A DNA stretch of 64,000 nt from Malacoraja senta. Taxonomy: Eukaryota. Shown here piece by piece: positions 47,721-57,515 of this stretch. Under the pieces are notes generated by a model, which did no database searches, was not told the DNA's origin, and saw only the letters and a list, made by a program, of their open reading frames with translations. Positions within the stretch are counted from its first letter, which is position 1; each line of letters opens with the position of its first letter. Where the stretch lies: contig CM075988.1 in NCBI GenBank assembly GCA_038087875.1, positions 4,216,001 through 4,280,000 on the forward strand. The letters run 5' to 3'. Made by a program: the position numbers and the translations under genes.

Positions 47721-49761
47721 CCATCACTAGGGTGATTGCTGCTTGGCGTGGACTCGGTGGGCCGAAGGGCCTGTTTCCGTACTGTATCTCTAAAGTAAAG
47801 TACCAAACTAAAGAGCTGCCTAATTCATACAGTATAGGAAGAAGGCCAATCAGCTGCACTATCCCCACTTCGCCCTGACTTTCTGAGTATTTCCAGCATC
47901 TTCGATCAATGATCCAGAGAAATCCCACGATAGAGCTGCAACTAGGAAGCTGTCTTTGGGAGTCTAGTAATGGGCATGTGCCATGGCATGGTTCGACCGG
48001 TGGCATGGGTGGCATAGAGTGGCACAGCTGGTGGGACTGCTGCCTCACGGTGCCAGAGACCGGGGTTCGATCCTGACCTCGGTTGTGGCCAGTGTACAAA
48101 TCCCATCACGGTTGTTTGAGGTTTTTGAAATCAGGGTGATGTGAAGCAGGTTTTGAGCTGTTATCAAGTGAACTTGCCATGAAGTTGCTGCAATGTCATA
48201 AAATTCTACCTGAGTCGGCGGATTTCACTTTGGGTAGGATCCGGTGTTTGAGTCCCACAGTTTTTAATTGAACGCTTTTTTGTTTGTTTCATCATGTTAT
48301 CAATTGATACTGTGTTTACAGGCTGGTTATGAGGCTGCAAGTTTAAATGTCATTGTTCCACTTTGGTACATATGACAATTCAACGCTCTTGATTCTTGAC
48401 TCCCTCTTGACACTTACCTAAATGGTGCGGCCTCACAATCCACTTGTTCATATCAGTTAGAACAGATCAAGGCAGACAACTAATACTGGCCTTCCCAAAG
48501 AGGGCAGTGTTCCAGGAATACACTTTAAAAATAATAATAAACAGAAAAATACACAGATTGTTTTTTTCTGATGATGCTCTTTAGGTTTAGTTTAGAGATA
48601 CAATGTGGAAACTGGCCTTTCAGCCCACCGAATCCACACCGACCAGCAATCCCTGCAAATTAACACTACCCTGCACAAACTAGGGACACGTTTTACAGTT
48701 ATACCAAGCCAATTAACCTACAAACCTGTATGTCTTTGGAGTGCGGGAGGAAACCAAAGATCTTGAAGAATATCCACGCAGGTCAAGGGGAAAACATACA
48801 AACTCCGTCCAGACAAGTACTCATATTCAGGATCGAACCCGGGTATCTGGCACTGTAACGCAGTAGCTCTGCTGCTGCACCACCGTACCGCCCCGTGTTA
48901 AAGGAATTCCTGACAGAACCTCAAATGGTGCCCAGTTGCAGCGGCAGCGGCGGAGGAGGAGGAGGAGGAGGAGGAGAAGGAGCAGGCCCACGACCCCGTG
49001 GCCGGGCCGGTGGAGAGGAGAGAGGCCCCGGTATCCGGGCGGGGAGACTCAGACTCAGGGCCGGGGAGCGAGGACAGCAAGTTGCCATCGAGCTACAGAG
49101 TTTGTGATCGTCTGTCGACATCATGGCTGAAGGTGGTAACTGGGGAGGTGATTCAGTGGCCTCTACATCAAAGAAACAAAAAGGTTTGTGAGCCTTCTGT
49201 GACATATATATGATGCCCTGACAGTGGGTGTGCACCTGATGCAAGAAATGAGGTTCACACAGAAGTGGGAATAGAGAAGGGGGTGAGCCCCGAGAGTTGA
49301 CATCTACAGGGACAACACCATCACAGGTGGGCGGATGCAGGAATTGTCTGATAAATCAGAACTCTTTTTGGAAACAAATGATTTGAGTTGCTGCAAAAGT
49401 TAAGCCAGAATATCAGAGTCCAGAATCAGATTCTGCGCAGAAATGAGCCTTTGACCCATTTGCCACCTGTCAATTTATTTACACTAATCCTATTTCTGTG
49501 CACTTGGCCTGTCGTCTACTATCCATTTACAGTTTGAATGAAACCCTACAATGTTGTGACAGAGTACCTGCCTCCAACACCACCTCAGACAGTGTGTCCC
49601 TGACTGTAGCCATCACTGCTGAAAGATTCTTCCTGAAAGATCATCCTCTATACCTCATGGTCCCCGCATTAAATGAATGCCCCTACTGTTAACCACCTCT
49701 GCTGTGGAGAAAACAATTTTTGCCATTGACCCTATTTTTCTCATAGTATTCTGTAGTTCGT

Positions 49762-50767
49762 AGGGGGCGCCGTCGAGTATGGCTGCCCAGCAAGCAGCTT
49801 AGTCTTTTCACCCTTTTTTAAATTTTTAGTTAGTTAAAAGTGTTTGTTTTGGAGTTCTTTTAGTCTCTTTATGTGGGGGTTGGGGTGGGGGGGGGAAGGG
49901 GGAAACTATTTTTCTCAGTACCTACCTGGTCGGAGATGCGGCTTTTCTCCGAGCCGTGTTTTTGCCCTTTCCTCGCGGCCTACCAACAGTCTGGAGCGTC
50001 GTTTCCTGCCGGGACCGGCCAGGACTTCAGCTTCGGCGGCGGCACAGCGCTGAAGCACCATCGCGGAGCGGGCGATGCCTTACCCGGGTCGCCGTGCAGT
50101 AAGCTCCGGAGAGCTGTGACCGCCGGCTCCAACATCGCGGAGCTGCGGTCTGTGGTCTGCGGTCTGCGTTCTGTGGAGCTTCCAGCCGCGGGCGGCGCTG
50201 AACCTTAAACACCGCGGAGCCTGGGATCTCACGATGAGGTCGCCAGAGTCGGAGCACCGACCAGCACGGCTCGTGGACTTCGGGAGCCGCGGTTTCCTGG
50301 GAGGAAGCGGCCGCTCCAGACACTCCGGGCCGTTGAGAGTGTTCACCCAACGCCAGAACCCCATCATCCGGCGAGAGGGCCTGAAGCATCGGGCTGCCAT
50401 ATCGGCGACTGCAGAGGCCTCAATAGGCCCCGACTATGGGTGAACTGGGGATGGGACTGGACTTTGCTGCCTTCCCCCTCAGTGGGAACCATTGTGGGGG
50501 GATGCTTTTATGTTTACTGTTAAATTCTTGGATGTTGTGTCTTATCTTTATCTGTGTGCTGCATTGGAAAGTCAAATTTCACTACACCAATTGGTGTGTG
50601 ATAATAAATGTCCTTTGTCCTTTGTCATTTGTCCTTTGTCCTTTGTCCTTTGTCCTTTGTCCTTTGTCCTTTGTCCTTTGTCATTTGTCCTTTGTCCTTT
50701 GTCCTTTGTCCTTTGTCCTTTGTCCTTTGTCCTTTGTCCTGTGTCCTTTGTCCTTTGTCCTTTGTCC
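49762..50767 (+). mobile_element. GC-rich non-autonomous retroelement with a Rex-like 3' end and (GTCCTTT)n tail
   Basis: CpG-rich non-coding body, 3' aatttcact...gtgtgataataaa resembling local Rex ends, about 23 heptamer units at 50609-50767. Confidence 0.6.
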
Positions 50768-51390
50768 AGTCAAGAAGAGTCAAGAGCTAAGAGTGTTTTA
50801 TTGTCATATGTCGCAAAACAGAACAATGAAATTCTTACTTGCAGCAGCACAACAGAATATGTAAACTTAGTACAATGTAAACACCATAGTAAACAAAATA
50901 AATTATGTAGAATAGTGCAATGACAAAACCAATGCCCTCAAGTCAATGTAGTTGAGAGCTTACTTGGCGATTGTAGTGTTGGTTGTTGGGAAGAATCTGC
51001 TCCTGAATCATGGTAATTTGAATTTCACTTTACCTTAATTGGTACATGTGACTATAAACTGACCTTGAAACCTTGACCTTGACATTACAGTTTTCAGGCT
51101 CCTGTACCTTTTTCCCGAAGGCAGGAGTGAAATGAGAGCGAGGCCAGGGTGGTGTGGGTCTCTGTTGACGCTGGTTGCCTTTTTAAGGCAGAGACTCCCG
51201 TAAATCTGTTTGATGTTGGCGAGGTCAGAACCCATGATGGGCTGGGCAGCGTTAACCACTTTTTGCAATCTTTTTCGTTCTTGGGAGGTTAAAATTGCCG
51301 ACCGTGATGCAACCAGTCAGTGTGCTACCCTACAGCTGTGGAAGTTCAAGAGAGTATTCATCGACATGCCGAATCTCCTCAATCTTCTAA
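50768..51390 (-). mobile_element. Rex-Babar-type LINE 3' end with a second short tail nested inside
   Basis: QKVVNAAQPIMGSDL..DPHHPGLALISLLPSGKRYRSLKT. Confidence 0.8.
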
Positions 51391-52207
51391 GGAAGGGCAG
51401 CATGGTGGCACGGTGGTAGAGAGGTAGGGTTGCTGTCTTACAGCGCTTGCAGCGCCAGAGACCTGTGTTCGATTCCGACGACAGATGCTGCCTGTACAGA
51501 GGTTGTACATTCTTCCCATGACCACGTGGGTTTTCTCTGAGATCTTCGGTTACCTCCTACACTCACGTACAGGTTTGTAGGTTAATTGGCTCGGCATAAG
51601 TGTACATTGTCCCTACTGTGCGTAGGATAGTGTTAATGTGCGGTGGTCGGTGCGGATCCGGTGGGTTGAGGAGCCTGTTTTCCGCACTGTATCTCTCAAA
51701 CTAAAAAGCTAAAGTCGAGTTGTTGATGTGCTTCCTTTATGATTGAATATTAATTTTACTTCGGAGTCACGTGAGTGACTACGTGAAGAAGACCCGTCAG
51801 GGCGCATGCGCGTCATTACGTCTGACGCATTGGCGCCCGGCAGCAGGAAGACGGAGCTCCTCCTGCAGGTGAGTAGTTTAGAGCTCAACCAAAGTCGGGG
51901 ATTCTTTGGAGGAGTTAGGAAAAAGTAGAGACATTGTTTCTGTGTGTTTTTTCCCCACATACAGGAACAAGGAAAAGGTGCAGGCTGCTGCCGACAAGGA
52001 GAGAGAGAGTTGCGGGAGCGCAGTCTCTGAAAGGCAGCCTGTCACCTCTGGGGAGTCGCAAGCCGGTAGCGGTGCGGCGACAGACTTGGCAAAGTGCCCA
52101 GCCGGGTACACAGCCAACGCCAGTCGGGCGGTAGGCAAAAGGCAAGTCATCAGGGCCATTGACTCGGCAGAGTCGGGCCAGGAGAGTCCCGTCGGGGACA
52201 GGATACC

Positions 52208-53032
52208 GTGCCCCAGCGGTTATCCAAAAGGAGCAGCTCATACAGGGGCTGCTTCACAAAGCCACACTCCAGGAGGAGTTGTGTGGGCGGGAGGCCGTGG
52301 CGAAGGCTCCGCCGGCAGTGCCTAGTAGAGGCCTGCTTGAAAGCACACTCTTTGCAAGAGGTGAGTGCAGAAGGGCAGATACACTCTGACCCTGAGTCCG
52401 ACGACGACTTCCAAAGGGAGGGCATGCAGCTGCCAGAGCTGACACCGTGTGCAGCACGGTTTGCCATGTCGTCGGACGCTGGTGAGCCTCTGGGTGAGGA
52501 ACTTGCCACCAGCATAAATTACCAAGTCTCACATCAGCTACAGGAGCTGACAATGGAAGAGACAGTAAGGAAGCATGAAGCCCCAATCAACTGTGGCCTG
52601 TTAAAAGTTCCTGTTGGGAACAGGAAGAATTGGGGCAAGATGGGCATACTAATGAGAGCCCAGGAGGATGTGAAGCTCCAGCATATTTTTAAAGTTGCTG
52701 GCATCTGGTATAACGAGCTTTGCCAGGATGATGGATGGAGAGGCCATGACAAATTACAACAAAAGGCGCTATTGTGGAGTGCCCACTTTGAGATCAACTG
52801 CCTCCGCAAGACTGCGATTAGACCAACCATCAATCCTAAATATGCTTCACTCTGCCAGCCTGGCACAGTGCAAACGGCACAGCTGTTTGGCGAGGATTTC
52901 GCACAGCAGGTGAAGGAGCTGGAGGAGGAGGCTAAGACGGCAGCCACATATTCACCAAAGCGGAAGTATCCCTATAAGGGAGCAGACTGGTCCGGGCAAG
53001 GGACGAGTCCAGCTACGAGGCAGCGCAGTTGA
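52208..53032 (+). pseudogene. DIRS gag-like ORF1, longest surviving frame (copy 3)
   Basis: Shares ARFA..GEPLGEELA.SINY..SHQLQELTM and HFEINCLRK.AIRPTINPK with copies 1 and 2; start codon mutated and frameshift upstream. Confidence 0.8.
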
Positions 53033-55552
53033 CGTTCGGCTGTAGCAGCGCCAGGGAAGGTGAGATATCCAGCTCGAGGCCGGGGAAGAATGCCAGGTGG
53101 TAAGGAGGTAAGTGGGTCTGGTTCTCATGTAGACAGATCTAATGTGATACCTCAGATATGTTTATACTGAAGGTTATAGAAGGATATAGAACAAAGCTTA
53201 ATGCAAATTCTGATTTACCCATGCAACATGTTCCAAAAAGGAGTTTGACTTCAGTATCATTGAACAATTGAAAGTTCAGTTGGGACTTGCAAACTTATGT
53301 AATAAAGGTGTAATTGCTAAGGCAGTTTACCAAAGCCATCAGTTTATGTCCAATATCTTTCCCAGACCAAGCAAGGATGGGGGATGCAGAATTGTACTGG
53401 ACCTGAATAGTCTTAACCCTTTTGTATGGTATAGACATTTAAAGATGGAAATGTTTGTGAAGGAGATCTTAAAGAAACGGATTCAGTGTCTGTTCATTTG
53501 GAGGATAGAAGATTTATAATTCAGCTGGATGGGGCAATTATTGCAATACAATGCACTGCCTAATAGTTTGTCTTCAGCTCCTAGAGGGATTACAAAGTTG
53601 TTAAAACCTATTCTAGGCATGATGAGAAGTCGAGGGCATGTACTCGTGGCTTAACTAGATAATATCTTGATTGTAGGACAATCAAAGGAAACAGCTGAAG
53701 CATCAGTGGCAGTTGGTAAAAACCATTTTTAAATTGGGCTTCATAACCTATCCAGATAAATCTAAATTTATACCTGTGACACAAATTGACTAGTTGGGTT
53801 CACAATAGACTTAATCAACATGATTGTGACCTTGCCCAGGCAAAAAAGGTATAGCTAATTAGGAGCTGTATCAAGTTAATTGCTGACACACAGCCTTCAA
53901 TTAGCCAGGTGACAAGTCTGCTGTGGTAATTGCTGGCAGCATTTCCAGCAGTTCAATATGGCCACTTTATTATCTACAATTACAAAGGTCAAAGGAACAA
54001 GCACTGAGGATACATTAGGGTCATTATAACAGACCTATGCTTCTATCAATAGAGGCTGTTGCTGATGTACAATGGGGGATTCAGCATGTGTCCACTAGTA
54101 GTTCCAAAGTGTTATTGGACCAAGCTTCCATGATTTTGCAGACCGATGTCAGAGCACTTGGGTAGGGTGCTACTGATACAAGATCCAGCTGTGGAGACAG
54201 ATGGACATTGCTTCTGCAAACATGGGGAATTAACCAAGAGTATTTTATGGATTCAAGGCTTATGGCACTAACAAAACTAGTTTGCATGTGCAATGCAAAA
54301 TACACAACACTACAGCAGTTGCTTATATGAATCACATGGGTGGAATCAAATCGTTATCACGTGACAGGTTGGCAAATAGAATTGGACCTGGAGTATGGAT
54401 AGAGATATTTGGATTGGAGCTATCTATCTGCCAGGGAAACTTAATGTAGTACCAGATGGCAGGTCACGAAAATTACGTGATAATACAGAGTGGATGTTGA
54501 ACCATGATGTGTTCAAGAACATAGTACTTCTATATTGAAGGCCAAAATATGTTTCATGGGAACCAGATCCAGGGGCAGTGGCAATTGATGCTTTTTCACT
54601 AAATTGGGATGATATGTTTGTGTACATTTTCCCACCATTCTGCCTCATGGTGTTTGAGAAAATCAAGCAGGATGCCGCTTCAGGGGTTTTGGTGATACCA
54701 AATTGCCCGATTCAACCATGGTTCCTTTTCAGGTTACAGATAGTGATCCAACCTCCTTTTGATGATTCCAAACGGTAGGAATTTGCTGGAGCATCCAGTA
54801 ACGCGTTAAGTTCATCTGTTATGTGATCGTATTGATCTGTTAATTTGCAGGTTTGTAAGAATGCCTTACATTGGTCGAGGACTTTCTAGGCCAACGGTGG
54901 ATATACTCACTGCAGCCTGGAGAAAGAGTACTCAAAAGCAGTATATCACTTATGAAAAAAAAAAATTAAAAAATGGGAACAATATTGTGTTCAAAAGAAT
55001 ATTCAATATGATACTGTAGTTATTGAAAATGTGTTAGAGTTTATCAACACTTTATTATGATGAGGGTCTTAGCTATAGTGTTATCAACACAGCTAGAGGT
55101 GCTTTGTCGGCATATCTTGTAATAGGTACATGGACACAAAGTATAGGTTCTCACCCTCTCATATCTAGGTTCATGGAAGGAATCTTTAATTCCAAACCGC
55201 CTAAGCCTAGGTATATGGTAATCTGGGATGTAAGCATTGTTCTTAACATGCTTTGTCATTCGGTCCCTGTCACGTCTGTTAAAATTAACCATGAAATTGG
55301 CTATGCTAATGGCATTGGTGTCAGCACAGAGAGTGCAGACTTTCCAAACACTTCAGTTAGATAGAATGTAAGTGACTACAGAAAATGTTATGTTTTATAT
55401 TTATGACCTGCTCAAACAAAGCAGGCCAGGTGTGACAGGATTTAAAATTGTGTTCTGAACATATCCCACAGCTCCATGTTTATGTGTAAGGACACATTTC
55501 TTACATTACATTGAAGCCACAAGGGCTTTAAGACAAGAAGAAACAGGATCAT

Positions 55553-55837
55553 TTGTCAGTTACAAGAAGCCAACATAAAAGAGTGGCAGTTCAGACTATC
55601 TCAAGGTGGTTAAAGCAAGAGTTGGTTCAGCCAGGTATTAACATTTATGTGTTTACATCTCATTCCACTAGCGCAGTAGCAACATCCGCGGCCAGGGCGA
55701 TGGATGTTCCCATCGACCATATATTAAAAGCCGCAGGTTGGAAAAATGAACTTGTGTTTCAGCAATACTACCATTGGCCGATTGCCGATGGAGGGCTGTT
55801 TGCCACCTCAATATTGAGTGCTGTTGCTAATGTTTAA
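55553..55837 (+). pseudogene. DIRS tyrosine recombinase C-terminal fragment (copy 3)
   Basis: TISRWLK, FTSHSTS (HSTR arginine lost), ILKAAGW, FQQYY. Confidence 0.85.
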
Positions 55838-57515
55838 TGTCTGTTTTCAATACTGTTTAATTCTGTTTCGTTTGTTGCCCTAAATTAAGAGGGTTTATTG
55901 GTTGTTTTATGACCAAAAATAGAACTGTTTTGTTTTTGCACGATATGCAATGTCATGTTTACAGCATTATTGATGATACTCAGTCAATCAATGCAGTGAG
56001 AAGCCGGGATTTTGATCTGCGGCATAAAAATCACAGAGCTTTAAAATCTTCACGTAGTCACTCACGTGACTCCGAAGTAAAATAGTAAGATTAAACGAGA
56101 ACTTACCAGTTTGAAGTTTGATCTTTATTTTATGAGGAGTTACGTTGGTGATTACGTGCCCGCCACGCCCAACCCTCTCTCATAGAAAAAAGGTCATAAT
56201 GGTAGTTCTCACGTTGATCATCTTAATATGTTACTTCAATTATGGTGTTATCTGTGATTTCATACCGCTGCTTTGAAGATTGACGCGCATGCGCCCTGAC
56301 GGGTCTTCTTCACGTAATCACCAACGTAACTCCTCATAAAATAAAGATCAAACTTCAAACTGGTAAGTTCTCGTTTAATCTTACTATTCATATCAGGTAG
56401 AGCAGATCAAGGCAGACAACAAATACTGCCCTTCCCAAGGCGGGTCTGATTCCACGAACAAACTTAAAAGTAAAATGATCAAACAGAAAATTACACAGAT
56501 TGTTTCCATCTGATGATGCTGTTTGAGTAAAGGAAACAGACTGAACCTCAAATGGTGCCACAGTCCAGGAGGTTTTATAAGCTTGCTATGAAACGGTGCA
56601 GCAGGATTGCAACTTTCTATACAGCCTAGATTTCCACAGGGCGGCACAGCAGCGCAGCGGTAGAGTTGCTGCCTTACAGCGCCAGAAACCCAGGTTTGTT
56701 CCCGACTACAGGTGCTGTCTGTACGTAGTTTGTACGTTCTCCCCGTGGCCGCGTGGGTTTTCTCCGAGATCTTCGGTTTCCTCCCACAATCCAAAGACGT
56801 ATAGGTTTGTAGGTTAATTGGCTCGGTGTAAATTGTCCCTAGTGTGTGTAGAATAGTTAATGTGCGAGGATCGCTGGTCGGTGTGGACTCGGTGGGCCGA
56901 AGGACCTGTTTCCGTGCTGTATCTCTGAAACTAAAAACTAAGCTGAAGCTGACAACAGGCCAACATCTGTATTTCATGAACATAGATTCATGGAGCATAG
57001 CATCTTCTGCCTACTGTTAATGCCAACCATTGATCGCCTGTTCACACTAGATCTATGTTATCCCACGTTCTCACTCACTACCTTACACACTAGGGGGGAT
57101 TTACTGAAGCCCAGTAGCACAGCTTGCACATCTTTAGGATGTGGGAGGAAACCGGAGCACCCGGACAAAACCCACATGGTCACAGGGAATATGTGCAAAC
57201 TCCACATTGACAACGCCCAAGGTCAGGACTGAACCTAGGACTCTAATGGCAGCGCCGTTGTATCGCCCCAAAAATAATCAAAGTAAAAGATGCAGGCAAT
57301 ATACAACAAAGAAGGATCTTGACCCGAAACGTCGCCCGATCCTTCTCTCCAGAGATGCTGCCTCACCCGTTGAGTTACTCCAGCATTTTGTATCTACCTA
57401 GGAGTTCATCAACCTTTTTATGAAGAGGGACAATGTTGTTGATTTCTCTTCATGTGTCAGTTACAGTAATCTCAGTATGTTAGGCTGAGTTGTGAGAAGA
57501 AATGGCCGCTAAACC

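Larger units (their letters stand above)
51753..56388 (+). mobile_element. DIRS1-type retrotransposon copy 3, full length, perfect cis ends, dead ORFs
   Basis: Left end 51754, ICR 56047-56158, right ITR/extension 56281-56388; gag about 51968-53032, RT (KDGGCRIVLDL..LN; VA*LDN), RH (NTTAVAYMNHMGG), MT (DAFSLNW..YIFPPF..QPWF), YR (TISRWLK..HSTS..AAGW..F..YY). Confidence 0.95.

Noticed and set aside
50436..50923. ORFs with LCPLSFV repeats
   Set aside because: Translation of the (GTCCTTT)n tail
56393..56998. 201-aa minus-strand ORF with a hydrophobic end
   Set aside because: Mostly antisense SINE sequence; frame not conserved in the paralogous segment
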